DNA of 64,000 nt. Origin: Eledone cirrhosa. Taxonomy: Eukaryota. The translations under genes and the position numbers were made by a program. Numbering within the stretch: the stretch's first letter is position 1; each line of letters opens with the position of its first letter. The notes beneath the pieces were generated by a model. It was not told the origin of the DNA and ran no database searches. It saw only the letters and a list, made by a program, of their open reading frames with translations. Location: positions 56,358,001 to 56,422,000 of the forward strand of contig OZ024745.1 in NCBI GenBank assembly GCA_964016885.1. The letters run 5' to 3'. Positions 12,172-24,780 of this stretch are shown piece by piece.

Positions 12172-13484
12172 CAGGGTGTTCGGGATAAATTTGACAGAAT
12201 AATATTTGATTTTTTTTTCAGATGTTTTAAATTCATTCATGCCCACTACGCTTTATTTGAAAGTTTAAACCCTCCTTCATTCATATAGGTGATGACAACG
12301 AGAATGGATGACTGGAAGCCACCTGAATCATAGAAGAGAATAACTTGTATCATGATGATTCGCGCCGGCCATCAAAATAAGGAGATTATGGTCGCTGCTC
12401 AATGCTCCCTGAACACTGTAAAAACAATCCGGCATGAACTGGAGAATTGCAATGGAGACTACGAGGCTGTGGCTAGAAGAAAGAAACATAACAGAAGATC
12501 TGATTGCTCTCGCACAGCAGAATTCTGCGAAAATCTGCAGAAAAAAGTGTTGGAGGACCCTGGCATCGGAATTCGGTCTTTGTCGCGTGAATTGAATGTT
12601 TCAGCCTCTACTATGAAAATTGCACTCAATGAAGACCTTCGCTACTACTCATACAAGCGTCGCAGAGGTCAACTTCTCGCAGAAAATGCCCGCGAAAATC
12701 GTCTGACAAAGGCGAAGAAACTTCTGAGCAAAGTGAAACATCCTGCTGAAGCACAAACAATCTGGTTCTTTTCCGATGAGAAAAACTTTTGCCAAGATCA
12801 AAAACACAACACGCAGAATAACAGATGGCTTGCATACAATCCAAAGGACACTCCTCGAGTCATGCAGACTAAATTTCCCCAAACTGTCATGGTTTTCGGA
12901 TGTGTGTCCTCCGAGGGTGATGTGATGCCTCCGCATTTTTTCAAACAGGGTCTCAGGTTGAATTCAGATGCCTACGTGGAATTGCTAACCACTGTAGTTA
13001 AGCCCTGGATAACAAGGGCAGCCAATAATAGGCCGTATGTATGGCAGCAGGATTCGGCCCCCTGCCACACCTCGGGGAAAAGTCAAAAATGGTTGTCAGC
13101 CAATTTTACGACTACACCAGTCCCAATGTTTGGCCTCCGAACTCCCCTGATCTTAACCCGATGGACTATTATGTATGGGGCGCTGTAGAGAAAGACACCA
13201 ATCGCCATGCCAGTACTACAAAGGCCCAGTTAATCGACAGAATTAAAGTAGTTTTTGAGGGCCTTCCCAGGGAAAGTGTAAAATCAGCTTGCTCCAGGTT
13301 CCGGGCCCGGATTGAGGCTGTAATGGCTGTAATAGACGCTAATGGCGGTTATTTTGAGTATAACTCTTTGACAATAGTGTAATTTCCTTGTCCATTGAAT
13401 TTCTTTTAAATCAAATAAATTTTGTAGATACCAAGCACTTTTACTTTTTCCTGATGAAACTGTCAAATTTATCCCGAACACCTG
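12172..13484 (+). mobile_element. Tc1/mariner superfamily DD37D (maT) transposon; transposase inactivated
   Basis: TIRs CAGGGTGTTCGGGATAAATTTGACAG / CTGTCAAATTTATCCCGAACACCTG. Motifs FFSDEK, WQQDSAPCH and WPPNSPDLNPMDY, with 37 residues between the last two Asp after repairing a 1-bp deletion near 13105. In-frame TAG at 12331. Confidence 0.92.
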
Positions 13485-13626
13485 TTTTCATGGGGCTTAC
13501 GTGTCAATACGGGTGACTATAGGCATGATATATATATATATATGATGATATATATATATCAATATGAGTGTCTAACTCTGCCTTTTATTTGTATATATAT
13601 ATATATACATACATATATATATATAC

Positions 13627-13658
<32 letters not shown>

Positions 13659-13685
13659 TTATATATATTTATATATATGTATACG

Positions 13686-13784
<99 letters not shown>

Positions 13785-14614
13785 ACACACACACACACAC
13801 AAACACACACACGCATATATATATATATATATATATATGGATGTTGATTCGATGCCCGACTGAAATAAGGTAATGAATATGTTAATAGAGAATAGGCATG
13901 TTTAATTTTACATTCCTGCTATTTCAAACGAATGAAACCTTTCTATTCTTGAATGTATTATGGAAGGAAAAACATTAAACTCTGTAGATTTATTTATATA
14001 CATTGTCGTTTTTCTCTGTGTGTGCTTTTATGTTTATCGAGTGGTGTATAAGTGTGATTGCTGTGTCACCTCTCTATCTTTGCGCTTTATCTAATATGTC
14101 TTTGAGAAGGGCCAGTGTCCAGGAACTACCACACGCCCCTTCCCATCAAGGGTATTGTAATTTATACTCTTAAGTGTTTGTTGAAAGTTTGCAACCCGAC
14201 AACTGCACAGAAAACATAAGCAGAAAAAAAATGCAATTTTGTGGAGAAAGGATTCGATGTAGGATTTACTTGTTAATGAGGAGTGGAGACGATGTCAGAA
14301 AACTCGAAAGAGCAGAAGCCATTCTCTAACGCGAGAAAAAGCAAAGAATTGTACACTAGAAATTATATCGTTCGCTAGCTGAGCCCCAAATTGTCACCAG
14401 ACTTGAAGTGTCACAGATTCCGGAGTTTGGGTCGCGGTTATATGTAAATGTAAACATATATGCGTATAATCATGATTGTCCTGTGTATGAATCTATAAAT
14501 ATATATAGGTCGACGAATTCTCTTAGTCATTATGGTGTCGGATACCGAAGTAGAGTTTAAATTTTCATATTATTAGCTTTAATAAAATGATATACACACG
14601 TACAGACACACACA

Positions 14615-14695
<81 letters not shown>

Positions 14696-15263
14696 GCACG
14701 CGCGCGCTCACGCACACACACACACACACACACACGCGGACACACATATATATATTTATATATACATATATATATAAGTTGCTTTTTTTATACACATATA
14801 AAAACAAGTTAGTGATACATTAATTGAAAAACGCAAAAAAATAAACAAAAAGAATTTCAACGAATTGAATGTTAGCACCTATTTGGAGAAGTAAAAAGAA
14901 AATTCCAGTGGAAATTGTCAAAAAAATATATCTTACTGATTGCGCAAATTAAGACTAGCCGGTCAAGCTTGAACTACATATCAATATGAGATCAAGTAGA
15001 ATAGTTTATTTTCAAAATATAATTTGTTTCATCACCTCAGCATTTGGGAGATGTAAGCTTGTATCGACGAACAGTAATGAGGTGAAATACATTTATATAT
15101 CGGTCTTACCCTGATGCGGAGATTGCCGGGCATGATACCATGATGTACACACCAAGAAGTAATGTTCACTAAACGTATATTTATTGTTAAATATTTATTT
15201 ATGCTAAATCACAAAGCTTTAATTTTATTGAGTTATTGTACACACACACGCACACACACACAC

Positions 15264-15417
<154 letters not shown>

Positions 15418-16224
15418 ACACACATTCACACACACATAAACATATGTGAATGTGTGGTTGAGGATTTGTGGTTTACAATGATGTACTTTCGGCATCAGAC
15501 ATACTGAACAGCACCTTAGGCAAGTCCTTTTACTATAACCTTGGGTTGACCAATGCCTCTTGATCGAAATTTTTTAGACGGAAACAGAAGAAATCCACCG
15601 TCACTTGCTTATTTGTATATCATTTACCACCATGAAGAATGGTAGTTAGTTACTTGAAATATACTCGTCATCCAAACACACATTATATATATATGCATGT
15701 TTATAAATAATTATGTGTGCATGCGTGTGTATGTGTATGTGTGTATGCAAGGAAGATTTTGTGAATATAAAGATTAATGTATCTTTTCTTCCAATTCTGT
15801 TTATGAGATTAGGCACTGAAAAGAAAAACTGGTGTGGATTTAGAAGGGGATTGGACTGTGTAAAGGTGCTGTAGGGTGAAAACAATTTAAAGGAAAAGAA
15901 GTGCGCAAGTGAAAGAATATATGCTGATACCAACATATTGTGTAATGTAGTACTGAGCAGACGACATTCTATATCACGTGAGCAAATGGAAGTAGCAGAC
16001 GACATGCCTCGTGACCAAACGAGGGTAATGGAAGTAAGTTAAAGTCACACTTACTTTTACACATACAATTATACACTCACACGTGCAAACAGCGACACAT
16101 GCATACACAACAGGCACAAGATATAATCTATATACAATTATAAATACGAAAGGATAATATATTTTATTAACCAATTACGATCGTCAGCAATTAAATGCAT
16201 TAAACAAAAATGTGATTGTTTTAT

Positions 16225-16298
<74 letters not shown>

Positions 16299-17302
16299 TA
16301 TACAATATATATATATATATAAACATTGTTTTAATCTTATTTTGATATCATCTGCATGTTAAATAAATTCACGAAAAATATCGGGAAACAAAAGAAATAT
16401 AATTGTTGTTTATTATTGAATAATGAGCAGTATTTGCCAACACATCTAGTTCAAATAGAGTAGACGCATTAGAAGTATCATTAACAAAAGCAACCACGTA
16501 TGAACGACCAGAATGCGCCACTATAATTTATCAACATCAAATGCATGCCTATGCATGTGCATTTTGCGTGGGTGTGTTATTTGTATGCAAATGCAAATCA
16601 ATAATATTAACAATAGTAAAAACAGCAACAGCGAGAACAATAACTTCTGCTGCAGCAGCATCAAAACCGGCAGTAGCACTAGCAGCAGTAACAATGACAG
16701 CAGCTGCAGTGGCGGCGGCAAAAGTGGTACGTATGACAGAGCCAACAAGATAATAGGATTCGATGTAGCAGTAGTGTCTGCAACTGCAGTAGATGGAACA
16801 GCAGCAAACAAAGTTTAAGCAGCTGCAGCTGAAATGGTTACAACAACAAAGAGTGTAAAAACCAAATAAAAAAAAACATAAGGATAACAGTATATATAAA
16901 CAAGAGTATCTATGAAAACAACGGCATTTACAGCAGAAGTGACATTGTTGGCAGCAACACAGTAACTTATGCACTATTTTGTAAAACTTACCCAGTTATA
17001 CATACATGTTTGCACATGTAAACACATGAACACATATCAAAATCCTATATAAATATTCATATTTTCCTACATATAAGTATATATACAACGTAGACCAATG
17101 AATATGTATACACAAGCAGAAACAAATTCATACAAATAAGCTTTATATACACACCAATTATTACATATATTCATTGGAAATCTTTGCAGAAAGTTATAAA
17201 CGATATTTGCATAATTTCCTAGTAATCTCTGCTGCATTGTCGGGAAAAGGAAGAGGGGAGGGAGTGAGAGAAATATATATATATATGTATAGATAGATAG
17301 AT

Positions 17303-17385
<83 letters not shown>

Positions 17386-17389
17386 AGAA

Positions 17390-17425
<36 letters not shown>

Positions 17426-18474
17426 AGAGGGAGAACAAAACAACTAAGTAGAAAAAATTTACTTCCATACTGTAAATTCATTCAGTTGGCACCACTGTCT
17501 TGATCTCTCAGACATTCTCAGATTTCCCCTTTTAAAATCACTCCAGGGAGAAATACATACATACACGCATACATAATACATACACGCATACATACATACA
17601 TGCATACATACGTACATACTAAAAGATAAATGCAGTTATTTAGTTTACTTGAGCAGCAACAATAAAAACTCCACACTTTGTAAGTGATTGGATTTTTAGC
17701 AAAAGAAACGTTTAAATATATAGTATGAAACCTTTAAATTTGATTGGTTGAAATGCGAACACGGAATGTCTATTTAATGTTTGAATGCAAAGGAAATAAA
17801 AAAACTAAATTAAAAGAAACAACATATCAATGTATATGTGTTAAACACGAGGATGCTGGAGGTATTATTAAATTTATTAAAGGATTCTTAAAAGGCAGTC
17901 GTGAAAATTAGGTGTATAATAGTCGTGACAGACTTAATAATGATAAAAATGGTGTTGATGATAACGACGATGATGATAATAATAGTTTCTGATTTGGGCA
18001 CAAGGACAACAATTTTGGAGGAGAAGATCGATTAAATAGATACCAGTGTGCTACTAGTACTTTAAGAAGAAGAAAAATATTTTTTTCTGTTGCACGATCC
18101 ATCATTTTAAAATGCTACACTCAATTAAATCATGCGAAATCATTTTACTGGTTTGAGAGCTGATGAGGATGATAATGTGTGTGTATAAATTTGTCTTGTA
18201 CATCGCATTTCTTTATTTCCTTCTTCCATACTTCTCCTTAACCTCCTCTTTCAATCTTCTCTATATTTAATTTGTCTGTCATCCAACTTGTGTATTGTCT
18301 CTCTGTTGACCACTGGCCGCTGACCTCTGACCTCTGAGGCATGTTTGCCCATCGCCTGTATTTGACAGCTTTTAGTTTTTTAGCGGCTGTTCTAGCGAAG
18401 AGTTTTCTCATTTATATATATAAATATATATGTACTCTTATACACACACACACACGCACACACACACACACACA

Positions 18475-18510
<36 letters not shown>

Positions 18511-18580
18511 TACTCTCTCTCTCTCACACACACACACACGCACACACACACACACACACAGACACACAGACACACACGCA

Positions 18581-18621
<41 letters not shown>

Positions 18622-18671
18622 TCTCTCTCTCACACACACTTTCTCTCTCTCTCTCTCACACACACACGCGC

Positions 18672-18765
<94 letters not shown>

Positions 18766-19518
18766 TATATATATATATATATATATATACACTCACATAC
18801 ATATATGTAATGAGAAAACTGTTCTAAAATATTCAGATGATATTCGGTTTTTAGAAAGTCAGTTCTGCAGATTAATACTGGTGTCGGTCCCATGACACTA
18901 ATATGGACCTTCAGCCAATCACCCGGATGGGTACCCAAGCAAGATCAGCCAAGCTTACGGATGTTATCCAATTATCTTGCTCGGGGTTTACCTCCGGGTC
19001 TGCTGCCGGCTGGTTTTTCCCGTTAAATCTGTCCAGCGATTCTTTTCTGAGACATTTTAATCCCATGCTCGTAGTATTGAATATTTGATATCTCAATTTT
19101 GAGAAATAGTTGTTTTACCTGGAATGATTCTATGATCTCCGAAAGTAACATTGAGTAACATTACTCCAAAGACCCTTCGGAGGAACGTTATTTCGGCTGC
19201 TTGTATTCGCGATCGTATTCTTTCCGTCATTACCCAAGATTTATGATCATCCGTAAGGGTTGACACTAATACCGAATTGAAGATAGCGAGTTTGGCTTTT
19301 ACACCTACCCACTTCATTTGATTACTCAATTTTCGAAATTTCTTACCATTCATTCCAGCCATGCATCACTCGGCATAAAACCTACTAAGTGTAAGTCAGA
19401 GACCACCTGTCGAGTTAAGTAATATGATTTCGTCTTCAAACTCCTTCCAATTGTTTTTACACCTGCCAGTCGTTATAAGATTTTTAAACCGGCTGTGCAT
19501 GTTGATCTTTTTCATGTA

Positions 19519-19674
19519 AATAATTGTTTCTACTTTACTAGTACTTCATTTTATCGACCCCCGTAAGGATGAAAAGCAAAGTTAACCTCGGCGGGATTCG
19601 AACTCAGAATGGCAAGGGCCGTAACTCTATGCGTCAAAGCATAGCGTCCGACCCTCTACCGATACTGCCAATCC
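19519..19674 (-). mobile_element. tRNA-derived SINE (internal deletion)
   Basis: Same SINE motifs. Confidence 0.85.
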
Positions 19675-19784
19675 AAGTATTTGTGTTCGGATAAATGGTA
19701 TTAAATCGAGGCCATTCAATGTGAGAGTCGTATCCAGCCAAGTTTGTGAACTGTCAAATTTCCTGTTCATTATTTTTCATGTAA

Positions 19785-19978
19785 GGGCGGTGGATTGGCA
19801 GTATCGGTAGAGGGTCGGACACCTTGCTTAGCAGCAAAGAGTTACGGTCCTTTATGGTCTGAGTTCAAATCCCGCCGAGGTTAACTTCGCCTTTCATCCT
19901 TACGGGGGTCGATAAAATAAAGTACCAGTAATACACTGGTTAATTGCTGGCCTTGTGCCAAAAGTAGAAACAATTATT
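19785..19978 (+). mobile_element. Full-length tRNA-derived SINE with 16-bp TSD
   Basis: A and B boxes present; ATTATTTTTCATGTAA at both 19769-19784 and 19973-19988. Confidence 0.92.
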
Positions 19979-19988
19979 TTTCATGTAA

Positions 19989-20103
19989 ATAATTGTTTCT
20001 ACTTTTTGGCACAAGGCCAGCAATTATCCCAGTGTATTACTGGTACTTTATTTTATCGACCCCGTAAGGATGAAAGGCAAAGTTAACCTCGGCGGGATTT
20101 GAA
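19989..20103 (-). mobile_element. 5'-truncated SINE with 14-bp TSD
   Basis: TTCATGTAAATAAT at 19980-19993 and 20104-20117. Confidence 0.88.
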
Positions 20104-20321
20104 TTCATGTAAATAATGAACAGGAAAGTTGACAGTTTACAATCTTGGGGGAATACGACTCCCACATTGAATCGCCTCGATTTAACACCATTTATCCGAA
20201 CGCAAATACTTGGGCATTCGTATAGTGACCACATGGAAACAGGAAGCTGACTATCGATTCCTTTCTCCTACAACATCTTCCGCAGCAGATCCCGAGGAAC
20301 GCAGCCACCATATGTCTTTTC

Positions 20322-20417
<96 letters not shown>

Positions 20418-20441
20418 CCACAGACCCTCCATCTCAACTCA

Positions 20442-20479
20442 CCTTTTGAAAAGCAGAAGAACTGCGAAACCGGTAAAGG
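20442..20479 (+). ncRNA. Minimal type I hammerhead ribozyme, U3-A8 core variant
   Basis: CCTT-TTGAAAA-GCAG-aagaa-CTGC-GAAA-CCGG-TA-AAGG with all stems paired, inside an insert of about 200 bp bounded by (TA)n. Confidence 0.75.
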
Positions 20480-21087
20480 AACCAAATAAATATATATATT
20501 TAAAAAAAAAATAAGACTTCAGTTGCATTTTCGATTTCATCTCTTTTTCTTTATACTTCCACTCGTGTAGGACACCTCGGTTATTTTTCATTTTGTAAAA
20601 AAAAACCTCACTTTCTAATATATATATATATATATACATTTAGACATGTTCCGATTATGCATGAACATTTTTTAATATCATCATGTCATTCTTTTAATGG
20701 AACTAACTGATTCCACTCATTAAATTATATTATTATAACCAATATTATAACCAATATTATTTTACATCGCATACAAATATTAATTAATCAGTCAACTAAA
20801 CAGTTTATAACACAGAAAATAATAGGTTTTTGGGAAGAAGGAAAGTCACGTATAGAAATACATTGTCAAATGCTTAGGATCTATACTAATCCATAAAATA
20901 GAAGATATCGTATTATAGCCAGTGCAGAAATATTACTGAGAGTACTTCCAATACAACAGAAATAATGAATCCAACACCTTACACGCTATACACCAAAAGA
21001 CACATTGACCTGCGTTCAATAATCCAATAACACCTATGAAAATAAGACGATTGAATAATGATAATAACGATTTCTGATGTAATAAAT

Positions 21088-21273
21088 AATAATTGTTTCT
21101 ACTTTTGGCACAAGGCCAGCAATTTCCCAGTACATTACTGGTAATTTATTTTATCGACCCCGTAAGGATGAAAGGCAATGTTAACATTGGCGGGATTTGA
21201 ACTCAGATCATAAAGGGACGTAACTCTATGCTTCAAAGCATGGCGTCCGACTCTCTACCAATACTGCCAATCC
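21088..21273 (-). mobile_element. tRNA-derived SINE
   Basis: Near full-length copy. Confidence 0.9.
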
Positions 21274-21287
21274 AAATAATACGAAGA

Positions 21288-21288
<1 letters not shown>

Positions 21289-21341
<53 letters not shown>

Positions 21342-21348
21342 CAGCAGC

Positions 21349-21398
<50 letters not shown>

Positions 21399-21450
21399 CA
21401 GTGGCAGCAGTAGTAGTAGTAGTATTAGTAGTAGTAGTAGTAGTAGTAGT

Positions 21451-21491
<41 letters not shown>

Positions 21492-21501
21492 TAGTAGTAG
21501 T

Positions 21502-21533
<32 letters not shown>

Positions 21534-21567
21534 CAGTAGTAGTATTAGTAGTAGTAGTAGCAGTAGC

Positions 21568-21647
<80 letters not shown>

Positions 21648-21657
21648 TAGTAGTAGT

Positions 21658-21716
<59 letters not shown>

Positions 21717-21726
21717 CAACAGCAGC

Positions 21727-21771
<45 letters not shown>

Positions 21772-21950
21772 CACATGAGGAGGAGGAGGAGAGGAAGGAG
21801 GGGAGAAGGGGTATGAGGAGGTTGAGGAGACGGGGGAGGAGGATGAGGACGATGAGGATGAGGAGGAGGAGGATGAGGAAGAGTAGGAAGAGGAGGAGGA
21901 GCAGGAAGAGTAGGAGGAGGAGGAGCAGGGAGAGGAAGAGCAGGAGGGGA
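21289..21950. repeat. Compound (TAG)n/(CAG)n then (GAG)n microsatellite
   Basis: Directly visible; source of the poly-T/L/V/Y ORFs. Confidence 0.95.
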
Positions 21951-22289
21951 ATCCTAAAATTCTTCAACACAACCCTAAAGCTGGAAACAACGTTCCGACT
22001 ACAATTCGATAGCATAGAACTCACTACCATCGATAAAACACAACTAAAATACTATTGGATATAATAACATCTATGACAACTATGACGAAATTGCATTTAC
22101 TAATCATTGATTGAGTCCACCGATGAGTAGGAACTTCAAATGCTTATTTTTCATAGACACCATGGAAAATGATTAAACAATTAATTACTTACTTTAATTG
22201 ATGAATTTTAAATTAATTAAATAATTTTTAATCAATAATTAATTAATTGATTTCATTATGAAATCAATTAATTAATTAAAAAAAAATAA

Positions 22290-22430
22290 TGCATGGAAAA
22301 CATCCATGAGCTCGGCTTGTCTCGCTTGGGGATCCAATCGGATCAATCAGAGAAAGTTGCTTCTGACATGACTCGCTGGAAGGCGTGTTTGGGGACTTTG
22401 CTCCTACGACACTACCAGCAAGAAGTTGGA
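22290..22430 (+). mobile_element. RTE LINE 3' end fragment followed by (GGA)/(GAA)n
   Basis: ENIHELGLSRLGIQSDQSEKVASDMTRWKACL resembles an RTE C-terminus. Confidence 0.55.
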
Positions 22431-22914
22431 GAAGGAACGGGAGGAGGAGGAGGAGGAGGAGAAGAAGAAGAGGAAGAAGCAGAAGAAGAAGAAGAAGAAG
22501 AAGAAGAAGAAGAAGAAGAAGAATTTATTTTGAGTTGTTTATTTAACAGCTTCTGGGATATTGAAGGTCATCACAACATTTTAAAAATTAGTATTAAATA
22601 TTAATGAAGTTAATTGACATATACAAACCCCAATGAGAGATATAATCTTTACAGCGTTTTCATGATTAATATAATTTTGAACCTCTAACAACATTGCCAC
22701 GACCAAATTTATGGAACATTTAACAAATTGGTGCCATTTTGCTGCATAGTTATTTCTTGATCGATTGCATAAATATAATCTCTTTGCATGCGAACTACTG
22801 AAGCTAGGATGAAGCTTACGATTTATCAATAGTTGTTAGAGTAAACAATAGTTTCTATGTCTTGACTAAAAACTTTACTCATCTCATAATGTATATATAT
22901 ATCTATCTATCTAA

Positions 22915-23083
22915 GGCGGGTAAAATTCCCGAGATCCATGGACGAGTTCTCTCCAGCGGTCTCTGTCCCTCATTATCGCTGCCATGTCCTGCATCTCCAA
23001 CAGACCAGTGTCTGTCCTTAGGGCATCAACATACGTTAACCTTGGTCTTCCTCTTCTAGTGTGTCCATGTAGGGGCTCCCAAA
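22915..23083 (-). mobile_element. RTE/RTE-X LINE 3' end fragment
   Basis: Minus strand LWEPLHGHTRRGRPRLTYVDALRTDTGLLEMQDMAAIMRDRDRWRELV. Confidence 0.8.
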
Positions 23084-23309
23084 GGATATATATATATATT
23101 TATTAAATAAATATATATATATTTATTAAATAAAGGATATATATATATATATATATATTTATTAAAATAACAGATTAAAGTTTAAGCAAATAATCGCTAC
23201 TTTCACCCTTAACGGGATCTTCTGAAACTAACAAAGTCAATCTGTAAACGCAGAAGTGGATATTTCAAAAGAAAAAGCAGCCGGAGGAAGACAGGAAGAC
23301 GATACTTTG

Positions 23310-23580
23310 GTTTGTGGAAACGTTCCCTGGCAAAGAACGGGAAAAAACGAATATAATACGTCATTAATAGGAGCGGTGAAAAACAATTACGCGCAAAGAC
23401 AGAACCACGTTTATGGTATAAAAGAAGTCGTAGACTAATGTTCTCTTATGTGGTTCATAGAGACGTTCTCTGGCAATGAACGGAAAAAACGAAGAAAATA
23501 CGTCATATGTGGAGCGTGGAGAACAATTGCACGCAAAGACAAAACCACGTAAATGATATAGCTGAAGTCGTAGACTAAAA
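23310..23580. repeat. Two diverged tandem units of about 150 bp in the PLE 3' UTR
   Basis: ACGTTC.CTGGCAA.GAACGG...CGCAAAGACA.AACCACGT...GAAGTCGTAGACTAA occurs twice. Confidence 0.8.
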
Positions 23581-24171
23581 TTCTAACTAGGAAACCGAAT
23601 GAATCTCCGCTTCAGAGTTAAGCATAAAGTAAATAAAATACAATACAAAGGTAATAGAAATTAAATAAATACATACACGCATGCAAATACGTACATACAC
23701 AAGCATACGCGAAAACACTTGCCATAGGTATACAAAACCACGCACATATAAATATGTGTGTGTATGTGTGCGTGTATACAAATAAATAAATAATTAAATA
23801 AACGTATATAAATAAATAAATACGTATATAACAAGCGCACACACATACCTACATGTAAATACACAAATGTTCGGAGACGTAAGTCAACCAAAACATGAAG
23901 TACACATATACACACACCCTACATATGTACGAACCCGCATACTCACACAGACCCAAAACTCCCGTACACACATAACCAAACCATATGTACCAGAATATAT
24001 AAAAAATTATACGCCATAACATATACAATCAAATATACGTACGAGAAAGTATACGTACTTTCACAACACATACAGGTAATATATACTTACCTATGCAAAT
24101 AAGTAATGGTATAAACAAAAAATATACTTAGCTACCACATCAAGACGTAAAATATCCACGTATAGATCGTA

Positions 24172-24780
24172 CTATCCGTTAGGGTATAACGTAGGGCTGT
24201 AATACAGGAAAGATTTGTGCAATTTATGTTTACAAGCCGAAATTGCCTCCGATTTTTTGTTTAAGATGTGGTCTGTGGCGTAGAGTATTTCCAGGGCCTC
24301 AGCGGCGAAGAGGTCACATGGTCTTTTATTTCCGTTATACGATCTAGCCCTAGCTAGGATCTCCCAGTGTAACTTATATTGGGTGTGGTTGTCTTTTAGA
24401 CTCCAGATATAAGCTGAAAGTGACGTCATATTCCTTCTTAGAGGGTAACGAAAAGAATGGGTATGCATGTAAAGACGCTGCTTGAATCTATTGGCGGTTA
24501 ACCCTATGTAGGCCCTACGGGACGTGGGTGTTTCAACCTTACATTTGTAGACAATGTTACTAGAGAGGCATTTCCCGGATAGGGAGCAATCAACCCGATT
24601 CCTACAATTACAGTTAGTACTAACTACAGGGTTGCACGTGTTCCTACGGCTAGGTAGTATAGCTAAATTAGAAGCTGTGATGTTGTGTGCAAGGTTAGGA
24701 GTCGTAGAGTAAAAAATTTTAATAGTATTTCTATTAAAAATTTTACTATATTTATGTGTAGGGGGAAAATGCTTCCATAT
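24172..24780 (-). pseudogene. Cys4 linker plus GIY-YIG endonuclease domain of the PLE (open frame)
   Basis: Hand translation extends ORF 24172-24468 upstream without stops to IWKHFP at 24780. Confidence 0.85.

Larger units (their letters stand above)
18850..20234 (-). mobile_element. Decayed RTE-clade LINE interrupted by SINEs
   Basis: VRINGVKSRRFNVGV..PQDCKLSTFLFIIYM (20234-20104) resumes at 19511; KAKLAIFNSVLVSTLT...SWVMTERIRSRIQAAEITFLRRV follows. Confidence 0.75.

Noticed and set aside
13451-13484. CTGATGA as a hammerhead core
   Set aside because: It adjoins the maT TIR with no stem II-GAAA-UH arrangement. Other isolated CTGANGA hits (11657, 18160, 33870, 42211) fail likewise.
16513-16974. 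Overlapping low-complexity ORFs
   Set aside because: Decayed (CAG/CAA)n with no domain signal.
19785-19875. tRNA gene
   Set aside because: A and B boxes belong to a SINE head; no cloverleaf found.
21226-22064. Long poly-T/L/V/Y/R ORFs
   Set aside because: Trinucleotide repeat artefacts.
23586-23620. Minus-strand TAACT-CTGAAGC-stem-AGTTA, hammerhead- or SECIS-like
   Set aside because: No GAAA or UH segment and no SECIS quartet; at most a decayed structure.
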